Shown: one piece after another, positions 1 to 11,253 of the stretch
Layout: each line of letters opens with the position of its first letter
How positions within the stretch are numbered: the first letter of the stretch is position 1
NCBI RefSeq assembly: GCF_006345805.1
Contig: NC_043003.1
Span: 26,598,001 to 26,662,000 of the forward strand
DNA: 64,000 bases
Source of the DNA: Octopus sinensis
Taxonomy: Eukaryota
Reading direction: 5' to 3'
Notes under the pieces: generated by a model
Told to the model about the DNA's origin: nothing
Seen by the model: the letters and a program-made list of their open reading frames with translations, nothing else
The model's database searches: none
Program-made: the position numbers and the translations under genes

Positions 1-487
1 TTAGGGCAGCGGACTCGTGGTCGTAGGATCATGGTTTCGATTCCCAGACTGGGCATTGTGAGTCTTTATTGAGCGAAAACACCTAAAGCTCCACGAGGCT
101 CCAGCAGGGGGTGGTGGCGAACCCTGCTGTACTCTCTCACCACAACGTTCTCTCACTCTTTCTTCCTGTTTCTGTTGTACCTATATTTCAAAGAGCCAGC
201 CTTATCACACTTTGTGTCATGCTGATTCTCCCTGAGAACTACGTTAAGGGTACACGTGTCTGTGGTGTGCTCAGCCACTTGCACATTAATAAATGAACCG
301 CAACGTCACTGGTGCCAAGCTGTATCAGCCTTTGCCTTTCCCTTGGATAACATCAGTGGCATGGAGAGGGGAGGCTGGTATGCATGGGCGACTGCTGATC
401 TTCTATAAACAACCTTGCCCGGACTTGTGCCTAGGAGGGTAACTTTCTAGGTGCAATCCCATGCTCATTCATGACCGAAGGGGGTCA
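1..487 (+). mobile_element. tRNA-derived SINE, family A (5' end cut by window edge)
   Basis: tRNA-like head (..GTTAGGGCAGCGGACTCG..GGTTTCGATTCCCAG); the same head recurs at ~33110, ~45595, ~61441 and on the minus strand at ~12290-12560; ends next to a (CAA)n tract. Confidence 0.75.
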
Positions 488-504
488 CAACAACAACAAC
501 AACA

Positions 505-980
505 ACAATTATTATTATTATAGACGCCGCACAGTATACAATACTGTGAGGTTGTTGATTGAAGATATTGTGTCTACTGGGGGTTTGTACTGTTTGTCAA
601 GTTACAAGGACCTCAGACAGACGGTACTTTGCGCAATATGCGTGCAGTTCCAAGCAGTACCAACTTTTGCATACATCTAGATTGTAGAGTATTTCTAAGG
701 TTTTCAGATGTTTTTTTCAAATTGGGTGGTATTGAACCCAATGCTCCTATGACAATAGGGATAACCTTTATGTTCGACTCTCATAGCTGCCACATCTTAG
801 CGATCTCAATTCTCATGTCTCCATATTTATCAACTTTTTCTCTTTCTTTCATGATGATATGTTGATCTCCTGGCACTGCACTCTTGTCTGTCCCTCCTAA
901 AGGTTACTATATCTGGCCTTCAGTGCTCTGACACTTTGTTTGTCTGGAAATCAAGGTCCCAGAGGATTTTTGCCTTCCCT
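505..980 (-). mobile_element. 3' end of an RLE-type non-LTR retrotransposon (R4/Dong-like), degenerate
   Basis: Minus strand translates KILWDLDFQTNKVSEH*RPDIV...AVPGDQHIIMKEREKVDKYGDMRIEIAKMWQL*ESNIKVIPIVIGALGSIP...VLLGTARILRK, a PD-(D/E)xK restriction-like endonuclease C-terminus; (TAA)n tail at ~505-520. Confidence 0.85.
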
Positions 981-1026
981 TTTTTTGTTCATTACTTTTA
1001 AGGGGAAGGCAAAAATCCTCCTCCTC

Positions 1027-1057
1027 CTACTACTACTACTACTACTACTACTACCAA

Positions 1058-1155
<98 letters not shown>

Positions 1156-1156
1156 G
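1027..1156. repeat. (TAC)n microsatellite
   Basis: Direct reading. Confidence 0.95.
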
Positions 1157-1159
1157 TTA

Positions 1160-1378
1160 TTAAGGTGGCAAGCTGGCAGAGCCGTTACCATGCCAGGCAA
1201 AAATGCCTAGCAGCATTTTGTCCATCTTTACATTCTGAGTTGAAATTCCACTGAGATCAACTTTACCTTTCATCCTTTTGGGATTGATAAAATAAGTACC
1301 AGTTGGAGACAGGGGGTCGGTGAAACTGACTTAGCACCTCCCTTCAAATTACTGGCCTTGTGCCAAACATTTGAAATT
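1160..1378 (+). mobile_element. tRNA-derived SINE, family B (degenerate)
   Basis: A-box-like GCTGGCAGA..., B-box-like GAGTTGAAATTCC, core CTTTCATCCTTTTGGG..GATAAAATAAGTACCAG shared with many copies in the window. Confidence 0.75.
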
Positions 1379-1704
1379 ATAATTATCGTTCTTATTACTA
1401 CTACTACCACATTTGTAATTACTATTATTCATATTTATTTCAATAGCGGTGATGAAGCTGGTGGCCAGAAACTAACTCTCAGAGAATTACTCATGGCTTT
1501 GAAGAAGAAAAAATGCAGTCAGTGAGAAGAAGCAGGGGAACAACAAGAATAACAACAACAATAATAATAGAGACAAGACCTCATCCAGTGCACTACACTG
1601 GAAGTTACATTTTTAATGTTCACTGTCATTTGTAAATAAACCATTTCTGTTGATTAACATTGCTTAGTGTTTTCTTTCTTTCTTTTACTCACTACCTATA
1701 ATGG

Positions 1705-1868
1705 TTTGATGTCATCTTCATCTTCATTGTTGTTTTAATGTTCACTTTTCTATGCTTGCCTGGGTCACATGGAATTTGTCGTGACAAATTCTTTTACAGC
1801 TGGATGCTCTTCCTGTCATGAACCTTCATCTGTTTCTAAGCAAGTTAATATTTTTCCATGGTCAGACA
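1705..1868 (-). mobile_element. RTE-type 3' tail fragment
   Basis: Reverse complement resembles the RTE 3' UTR motif AGGAAGGGCATCCAGCTGTA...CATGGAAA..GTTAAA(GAT)n seen at 7680-7826. Confidence 0.55.
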
Positions 1869-1870
1869 TA

Positions 1871-2070
1871 CGAGGAGGTACTGAAACGTTCCTGTCTTGA
1901 AGGGTATTGTGAAAGGCATGGTTGGAGGCCCAACCATCCGAGTTCTGTTACAGGGCTTTGAAGAACTTAAGGACTGTTGCAATAAGTGTATGAATCTGAA
2001 AGAGGAATATGTTGGATAAAACCATAATTAATCTTTTACCCAAAGCCAGGAAGTTTTCAACATCCCCTCA
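1871..2070 (+). mobile_element. mariner-derived MITE
   Basis: TA-CGAGGAGGTACTGAAACGTTCCTG at left; CCAGGAAGTTTTCAACATCCCCTCA at right (imperfect TIR); internal sequence resembles a mariner transposase end (..NKCMNLKEEYVG*). Confidence 0.6.
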
Positions 2071-2109
2071 TTTTTATATATATAATCTACTATAATAATA
2101 CTATATATA

Positions 2110-2322
2110 TATAATCTACTTATCTAATGTGACCTCGTGTGTACCGTTGGCGATTTTTTTTCCTTTGTCTTCCCTGCTCTGGATCTTTCCTTCTATGTTT
2201 CTGACGAAGAGCTCCGCTCGAAACGTTAAACTCTCCTTCTTTCCTGAGCGTCCAATAATACTATATTTGTTCCACGTCCTCGCGTTGTTGTGTTTTTTTG
2301 TGCTTTCTTGTTTGGATTAACT
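2110..2322 (+). mobile_element. Penelope-type terminal repeat with minimal hammerhead motif (family H2)
   Basis: GTTT-CTGACGA-A-GAGC-TCC-GCTC-GAAAC-GTT-AAAC at 2197-2231; flanked by duplicated CTACTATAATAATACT (2087-2102, 2337-2352); homologs at 9890-10100 (-), 37740-37920 (+), partial 26755-26830. Confidence 0.65.
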
Positions 2323-2611
2323 ATATATATATATATCTACTATAATAATACTCTTGTGTTTATGAATGAGAAAGGAAGGGGTGATGTCATACTTGGTAAT
2401 GGAATGATGAAAATTGTACACTGAAAATATAAATCAAACAGTGTTTCAACTCTGTGTGAATATATGTGTGTATGTAAAATGGGGGTATGTGAATATGTGT
2501 GTGTGTGTGTGTGCACACAATGGAAGTGGAATGGTTCATCTTTGTTCGCTTAGTATTTGGGTTTATTTCTTGATGTGGTTGAATCTTGGTTGGTTTTTTT
2601 TTTTTGTTGGT

Positions 2612-2983
2612 CTGTGGGCACGTAACAAACACCATCCGATCGTGGCCGTTCGCCAGCCTCATCTGGCACCTGTGTCGGTGGCACATAAAAACACCATCCG
2701 AGCGTGGCCGTCTGCCAGCCTCGTCTGGCACCTGTGTCGGTGGCACATAAAAAACACCATCCGAGCGTGGCCGTTCGCCAGCCTCGTCTGGCACCTGTGT
2801 CGGTGGCACATAAAATCACCCACTACACTCTCGGAGTGGTTGGCGTTAGGAAGGGCATCCAGCTGTAGAAACACTGCCAGATCTGACTGGCCTGGTGCAG
2901 CCTTCGGGCTCCCCAGACCCCAGTTGAACCGTCCAACCCATGCTAGCATGGAAAGCGGACGTTAAATGATGATGATGATGATG
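2612..2983 (+). mobile_element. 5'-truncated copy of the RTE 3' UTR
   Basis: Nearly identical to 7451-7823, including the ~62-bp subrepeats and (GAT)n tail. Confidence 0.9.
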
Positions 2984-3339
2984 TTTTCAGCGTTTTGACA
3001 GAAGAAAGTCATTCTAAAATTGTTTTTCAATGTAAGCGTACCCAAACAAGTCAAATGCTTACACAGAGCAGGTTTTACAGCCACATCATCAAAACCAACC
3101 AGGTGAAACCGGGCTTAGCTGTTAGTGTATATATTGATTTCAAATCCCTTCTGCCGAGTCAGGCCGAAAACGAAATGTTTCCAAGATAAGAAAACCTTTT
3201 TTAATCTAATTCATCCCGTATCTGTACCAGTAATATTCTCATGCAATTTGTCTGATCTCTAGTGGTTAAGCTGTTTATTATTATTATTATTATTAGTATT
3301 AGTATTAGTATTATCCCTTTGATCCCTGGTCGTCAATTT

Positions 3340-6300
3340 GTTTATTATTATTTTCAGCCTCGCCTCGTATTGCATATTATGTATAATTCATTAGTTATCG
3401 TTGACCATCGGTTCGGCCTCGTGTCTCGCTAAATATAGAATAGATATTTAAGTTTCTCCATACAGGGGCCTCAATGGCGGCCGACTTTCGCGGGGTTCGC
3501 CCGCCCTCCCACCCCGTCCACCGTTACAGGAAGCCTAAAAATTTTCTCATCGCTGTCTCTGATGTACACTTTAAGTTTTACACTGCCCCCATTGCTACAG
3601 GAAGTCCAAAATTTTGTCATCCTTGTTGTCTCCCATGTACACTTCGCATCCCTGTTGTCTACGCCACTTGCTCCTCCTTCCATAAATGGTAGTGGTCATT
3701 CATTGCAAGATATATTGGTAACGTACGCGGTTTGAACTTAGGTTTAATTGTCTGTTTATTAATTCTGCCATACGCGGGTTTTCTTTTCAGGTTCATGATG
3801 CTACTAGGTCCAATGCCTCCCACTCCCTCAGGATTGGCACCCACAACGTTGGCACACTGAAAGGCAGATCTGGCGAGATCGTTGAATTGCTTGAACGAAG
3901 GTGTGTGGATATATGCTGTGTTCAAGAGGTGAGGTGGAGAGGAGGTTCTGCTAGGTTCCTCACAGGTAAAGGACAGAGGTACAAGATTTTCTGGGCTGGG
4001 AATACTGAAGGGGTCGGGGGAGTAGGTATTCTTATTGCCGAAAAATGGGTAGGTAAGGTAATCGAGGTAGTCAGAGTATGTGACAGAATACTGAAGATTA
4101 GTTTAGTGCTCCATCATAGTTCAACAACTATTATATCGGCCCATGCCCCTCAGCCAGGGCTACCCGATGGACAGAAAGACTGTTTCTATGACACCCTACT
4201 GCAGACCACCTCACTGACGAACGACAGGGACCTTCTCTTTGTGGGTGGTGACTTCAATGGACATGTTGGACGATATGCTGAGGGCTTCTATGGCGTTCAT
4301 GGAGGCTATGGTTATGGTTCTCGCAATGAGGAGGGAACCAGGCTGCTGGAGTTCTGTGATGCGAATAGTCTTATGGTTTGCAACACTAACTTCAGGAAAC
4401 CGACAAGCCACTTGGTCACCTACCGTTCGGGCCAGCATACTAGCCAAATCGACTACATCCTTACCAGAAAAAGGGAAAGATGGCTGCTTATAAATGCCAA
4501 AACCTTCCCAGGCGAAGAGTGTACTCCACAACATAGACTGGTAGTCAGTGACTTTAGAATCAGGACTAAGAGGACGACTAGAAGACGACCAAAATGGAGA
4601 AGAAGGATCTGGAAGCTTAAAGACCCTGCAAATGGACAGAGATTTAGAGACATGTTACTTGAAGCCTTCGACGAAATAGAAGGGGGTATAGCTACACATG
4701 AGGTAGAAGATAACTGGGCGCTTCTAAGGGACAACCTGCTGAAAGCCACAGACCAGATCTGTGGCTGGTGCAAAGTCCCCACAAGACCCAAAATAACGTG
4801 GTGGTGGAACAATACTGTTGACAGGGCTATTAGACAAAAGAAACAGGCTTGGAAGCACTGGAAGAACTGTGGTAGCAGGGAAGTGTATCAGACTGCAAGA
4901 AGGGAGGCTAGGAGGCAGGTGTATTTAGCCAGAGGGGAAGCAGATAAGAAAAAATTTGCCAATGTCCTGCGCTGTGAAGATGAAAGACTTGAGGTATTTC
5001 GTGTCGCAAGACAGTGTGTGAGAGAGAATCGTGACGTGGTAGGAGAGAAATGTGTTCGCAAGGATGACGGCTCACTTGCGCTAAATGAGGATGCAAAGAG
5101 AGAGGTTTGGAGACGCCACTATGAAAGGTTGCTGAATGAGGAAAATGAATGGGATAAAGAGAGTCTGCCGAATGTTGACCCAACAGAGGGACCAGCAATC
5201 CGAGTTGAGAGTTCCTTAGTAGATAAGGCAATTAGAAGCATGAAAACAGGGAAAGCCCCAGGCCCATCAGGAATTACTGCAGAGATGCTCAAAATATCTG
5301 GTAGTGCTGGCTATAGCCTAGTCACCCGTATAGTTAGCCAGGTGATACACGAAGGAGTCATTCCCAATGACTGGTGTAGCAGCATAATAGTTAACTACTA
5401 CCAAGTTAAAGGTGACGCCCTAGATACAAATAACTACAGGGGTATCAAGCTGCTTGATCAGGTAATGAAGGTAACGGAGAGGGTTATAGCCCAACAAATT
5501 AGAGAGAGAGTTAGCTTAGATCAGATGCAGTTTGGGTTCGTGCCAGGGAAAAGTACTACTGCTGCTATTTTCCTGGTAAGACAGCTGCAGGAGAAATACC
5601 TAGCCAAAGATAAGCCCTTGTACCTAGCTTTTGTTGACTTGGAGAAAGCCTTTGACAGGGTCCCCCGATCCCTTATCTGGTGGTCAATGAGGAAACTAGG
5701 GATAGATGAATGGTTAGTGAGAGCTGTGCGAGCCATGTACAGAGACGCTGCTAGTAAGGTGAGGGTTGGCAACGAATACAGTGAAGAATTCCGGGTAGAG
5801 GTTGGGGTCCACCAAGGTTCAGTCCTCAGTCCCCTCCTATTTATCATAGTCCTCCAGGCAATAACGGAGGAATTCAAGACAGGATGCCCCTGGGAGCTCC
5901 TCTATGCTGATGACCTTGCTCTAATTGCTGAGTCACTATCAGAACTGGAGGAGAAGTTTCAGGTGTGGAAACAAGGATTAGAATCGAAGGGCCTTAGAAT
6001 CAACCTAGCCAAAACCAAAGTCCTAATAAGTAGGAAGGTGGACCAATCACAAACGACTTCAGGTAGATGGCCCTGCTCGATCTGTAAAAAGGTGTAGGTA
6101 GAAAACTCTATAAGGTGCACCAAGTGTAAGCTATGGACACATAAGAGGTGCAGCAATGTCAAAGGAAGGCTAACTAGGAAAATAGTTTTTGTCTGTGGCA
6201 GATGCTCAGGAGCAATAAACACTGGAAATGTGCAGAGACCAACTTCTACCACGTTCCAGGGAGACAAACTAGAAGTAGTTGATAGCTTCCGCTACCTAGG

Positions 6301-7826
6301 AGACCAAGTCAGTAGCGGGGGTGGGTGTGCTGAAAGTGTAACTGCTAGAGTAAGTATAGCCTGGGCAAAGTTTAGAGAGCTCTTACTCCTGCTGGTGACA
6401 AAAGGCCTCTCGCTCAGAGTAAAAGGCAGACTATGATGCATGTATACGTACAGCCATGCTACATGGTAGTGAAACATGGGCCGTGACTGCTGAGGATATG
6501 CGTAAGCTCGCAAGAAATGAAGCCAGTATGCTCCGATGGATGTGTAATGTCAGTGTTCATAATCGTCAGAGTGTAAGTACCTTGAGAGAAAAGTTGAACC
6601 TAAGAAGCGTCAGTTGTGGTGTGCAAGAGAGACGGCTGCGCTGGTATGGTCATGTGACGAGAATGGCTGAAGATAGTTGTGTGCAAAAGTGCTACACCCT
6701 AGCAGTTGAGGGAACCTGTGGAAGAAGTAGACCCAGGAAGACCTGGGATGAAGTGGTGAAGCACGACCTTTGAAATTTAGTCCTCACCAAGGAAATGACT
6801 AGTGACCGAGTCCTTTGGAAATATGCTGTGCTTGAGAAGACCCGGCAAGAAGAGTCAGGCCATAACCCGTAGCCCCTACCTGGGACGTAGTCAGTCCACC
6901 TGTGCATACCTTCTTTCTTGTGACACTTGTGAAGACCTGTTGAGGCAAGTGAAAATCAAATCAAAACAAATCAAAATAGATGAACATCAATGGAATTTGT
7001 ATCTTTGTGGTACCAGTGCCGGTGGTGGCACACAAGAAACCATCCGAACGTGGCCGTAGCCAGTACCGCATCGACTGGCCTCCGTGCTGTGGGCACGTAA
7101 CAAAAACCATCCGATCGTGGCCGTTCGCCAGCCTCATCTGGCACCTGTGTCGGTGGCACATAAAAACACCATCCGAAGACCGGCAAGACGAGTCAGGCCA
7201 TAACCCGTGGTCCCTACCTGGGACGTAGTCAGTCCACCTGTGCATACCTTCCTTCTTGTGACACTTGTGAAGACCTGTTGAGGGAAGTGAAAATCAAAAT
7301 CAAAATCAAAATCAAATCAAATCAAATCAAAACAAATCAAAATAGATGAACATCAATGGAATTTGTATCTTTGTGGTACCAGTGCCGGTGGCATACAAGA
7401 AAACCATCCGAACGTGGCCGTAGCCAGTACCGCATCGACTGGCCTCCGTGCTGTGGGCACGTAACAAACACCATCCGATCGTGGCCGTTCGCCAGCCTCA
7501 TCTGGCACCTGTGTCGGTGGCACATAAAAACACCATCCGAGCGTGGCCGTCTGCCAGCCTCGTCTGGCACCTGTGTCGGTGGCACATAAAAAAAACACCA
7601 TCCGAGCGTGGCCGTTCGCCAGCCTCGTCTGGCACCTGTGTCGGTGGCACATAAAATCACCCACTACACTCTCGGAGTGGTTGGCGTTAGGAAGGGCATC
7701 CAGCTGTAGAAACACTGCCAGATCTGACTGGCCTGGTGCAGCCTTCGGGCTCCCCAGACCCCAGTTGAACCGTCCAACCCATGCTAGCATGGAAAGCGGA
7801 CGTTAAATGATGATGATGATGATGAT
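3340..7826 (+). mobile_element. Near full-length RTE-clade LINE (5' UTR, short upstream ORF, APE-RT ORF2, duplicated 3' UTR, (GAT)n tail)
   Basis: ORF2 homology below; 3' UTR with tandem duplication; microsatellite tail typical of RTE; 5' boundary uncertain and could extend to 2984. Confidence 0.9.
3887..6850 (+). pseudogene. RTE ORF2: apurinic-type endonuclease + reverse transcriptase, disrupted near the C-terminus
   Basis: APE motifs (GTHNVGTL upstream in frame, CCVQE, GGDFNGHVG, SQIDYIL, QHRLVV); RT motifs (KAPGPSGI, YRGIKLL, QFGFVPG, FVDLEKAFDRV, GVHQGSVLSPLLF, LLYADDL, YLG); TAG at 6095-6097 from compensating indels, frameshift near 6434, stop at 6771-6773. Confidence 0.95.
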
Positions 7827-8106
7827 ATATATATATATATATTTGTAAATAAATTCCTCTATTTACATATCGAGGGCTCTTTCATTCTTTTGCTGTCTTA
7901 TCATTACTATTAATATATATATAGATATGTGTGTGTATATGTACACATATATACATACACACACACACACACATATATGTATATGTACACACACACACTC
8001 ACACAAGCACACCCGCATATATTATACAAACATACACACACACATATATAGATATATATATACACACATGTTATACATATACATGTATATAATGTATATA
8101 TATATC

Positions 8107-8153
<47 letters not shown>

Positions 8154-8156
8154 ACA

Positions 8157-8187
<31 letters not shown>

Positions 8188-8375
8188 CATACATATATAC
8201 GCACGTATTTATGCTATAATATACATCATTATAAACATACATATATACAAACACACATAGGCACATACAGGAGTGGTGATGTGAAACACCCTAGACTGAG
8301 GAGGTCAGAAAGACCATGGTGGTGCCCCTGCATACCCACGGCCGCGTGGCTGAAACGAGTTTAAAAGAGTAATAT

Positions 8376-8437
<62 letters not shown>

Positions 8438-8833
8438 ATATAGAGATGGGCGTAAATGTAAGTGGGTTAACGAGATATCTAGATATTTGTCGAACTCACG
8501 CGGCAGTTAGAAACAATGCATTTCTCAGATTCCTCTCTTAATAGTGAAACAGTGAAAAGTAAATCGTTGACATGTTCTGGGTCAACCATAAGATATAAGA
8601 TACGTAAGCAGATAAAAGCAAAATGGGTCGTCATATAAGATTTTTAAAATTCCTGAATGGGTCAAAGACGCATTTTTCTCTCGAAATTTCCACCTACGTC
8701 CTATCTACGTTAATGAGGAAGATTTTTTACGTGGTTGCTTAACATACATGAAATAACAGCCAAAATCTTCCTCATATCTTACGTTATTGTCTTACAAAAG
8801 ATAAAAATTAAAGCACACATACACACACGCACA

Positions 8834-8879
<46 letters not shown>

Positions 8880-9033
8880 AAAAGTTTACTTGTCAAACAT
8901 ATAGTTCCGGGTTCAGTTCCATTGTGTGGTCCCTTCGGCAAGTGTCTTCTACTATAGCCCCACACCGACCAATGCTTTGTGAGCCTACTTGGTAGATGGA
9001 AACTTTGTGGAAGCCCGTCCTTTACAAACAAAC

Positions 9034-9068
<35 letters not shown>

Positions 9069-9084
9069 ACATACATACATACAG

Positions 9085-9633
9085 TATTGTAGAAGCCGTA
9101 GTCGCTCATAATAAACAGGAATACAGGTGGAACGTTCCCCTAAAAATCTCAGTAAAATCTAAACATAATACACCTGATATAATGATTTGAGATAGAGAAG
9201 AGAAACTGTGTACAGTTGTGGAAATCAGCTGCCCAACAGATGTTAACATAAAGCCGAAGATCAGTGAAAAAGAGAATACCTACGCTGAACTATCGACGAA
9301 TCTACAGTTACTCTATCCAGATTACAAGTTCAGGTTTATACCCATAATTATTGGGGTATTGAGATATATAACACACTACCTACCAGGTTTATACCTGTAA
9401 TTATAGGGGTATTGGGATATATAACACATTACCTAAATGTCAATCTTGAGAAATTAGGCACCTCAAAACCAGAAAAGAGAAAGCTGATTCGAAGACCACA
9501 GATTCAAGCCATACCTGGAACTGTAAAAATCTATAAAACTTTCCAGAAGCTTATCATTTAAGTATATATGAACTTGTCTCGACATGCGACCATATGCATG
9601 AGAATACATACATAAAACAAAACATACAAACCA

Positions 9634-9640
<7 letters not shown>
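9085..9640 (+). mobile_element. 3' end of a second RLE-type non-LTR retrotransposon, degenerate
   Basis: WNVPLKISVKSKHNTPDIMI*..KLCTVVEISCPTDVNIKPKISEKENTYAEL..FIPIIIG..GTVKIYKTFQKLII*: PD-(D/E)xK RLE motif; internal ~55-bp tandem duplication at ~9335-9440. Confidence 0.8.
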
Positions 9641-9678
<38 letters not shown>

Positions 9679-9701
9679 TATACATATATGAGTGTGTGGT
9701 G

Positions 9702-9732
<31 letters not shown>

Positions 9733-9772
9733 TCATATATGTATATACAGATATACATATATGAGTGTGTGT

Positions 9773-10220
<448 letters not shown>

Positions 10221-10222
10221 GA

Positions 10223-10398
10223 CATACATATAAGAGGGATGACCACAACGTGGACAACCGTTATGTTAGAAGTAGATCCACTATGGTCTTAGCACTGAGA
10301 AATGTTCTCAAGAGAACTTTTCTTAGTGGTAAGACCATAGCGGATCTACTTCTAGCATAAGGGTTGTCCACGTTGTGGTCATCCCTCTTATATGTATG
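10223..10398. repeat. Near-perfect palindrome, 87-bp arms, 2-nt loop
   Basis: 10223-10309 versus reverse complement of 10312-10398: 6 mismatches by manual alignment. Confidence 0.95.
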
Positions 10399-10618
10399 TA
10401 TATATATATATATAAAGTAAACAAACAAACGAGGTTTGCTTTAGAAGCGTTGAGATGTCTTAGAAAGTTAAAGAAGTGATTTTAAGTTCTCAAACGCAGG
10501 ATAATGGTAATAATATAGCCTGAACAGGATAAGTTACCCCTATTTTGTAGAAAAAAGTGTTGGCGGCCGGCTATGAGACTATTATATACGTATGTAATAC
10601 AATAATACATACATACAT

Positions 10619-10654
<36 letters not shown>

Positions 10655-10714
10655 GCACACACACACACATACACACACACATATATATGTGTATATGTTT
10701 GTGTGTGTTGTGCG

Positions 10715-10865
10715 GTTGTGTGGTAATAAGCTTGCTTCCCAACCACATGGTTCCGGGTCCTGTCCCACTGTATGGCACCTTGGCCAAGTGTCTTCAGCTA
10801 TAGCCTCGGGCCGACCAAAACCGTGCGAGTAGATTTGGTAGACAGATACTGAAAAAATCCCGTCG

Positions 10866-10912
<47 letters not shown>

Positions 10913-11070
10913 TGTGTTTTGTGTCTGTATTTTCTCGCCCCCACCGCTTAACAGTCAGTACTGGTGTGTTTACACCTCTATAACTTAGCGGTTCGGTAAA
11001 AAATATCGACAAAATAGGTACCAGGCTTTAAAAAAAGCACTGGGATCGATTCATTCGACTAAAAATTCTT
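10715..11070 (+). mobile_element. tRNA-derived SINE, family C
   Basis: GTGTGGTAATAAGCTTGCTTCCCAACCACATGGTTCCGGG..CACCTTGGCCAAGTGTCTTC..; internal (GT)n. Other copies: ~8880-9020, 15290-15545, 18450-18900, 18955-19395(-), 21375-21735(-), 30066-30690, 34690-34850(-), 52975-53422(-), 55505-55895. Confidence 0.8.
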
Positions 11071-11253
11071 CAAAGTAGCTCACTCCCTCTATCAAATCGA
11101 CGTTGCCTGAACAGGTGCACGGTGTTATCACCACGCGTCAGGTGTCTACGTGATCAGAGGGCAACGTGAGATGAAGTGCTTTGTTCAAGTACACAACGCG
11201 TCACCCACAGGTCTAGGAATTGAAACCACGATCTCACGATGGCGAGTGCAATA

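Noticed and set aside
1-6. TTAGGG telomere motif at the window start
   Set aside because: Single occurrence, part of the SINE A head (GTGGTTAGGGCAGCGG).
2640-2820. CRISPR-like regular repeats (~62-bp units, also 7470-7660, 11254-11620, 38690-39000)
   Set aside because: The units are fully repeated with no unique spacers, there are no cas genes, and the context is eukaryotic retroposon.
3718-3790. Possible GT..AG intron (GTAACG...TTTTCTTTTCAG) in the RTE leader
   Set aside because: Splicing it would put ATG 3686 out of frame with ORF2; no supporting evidence.
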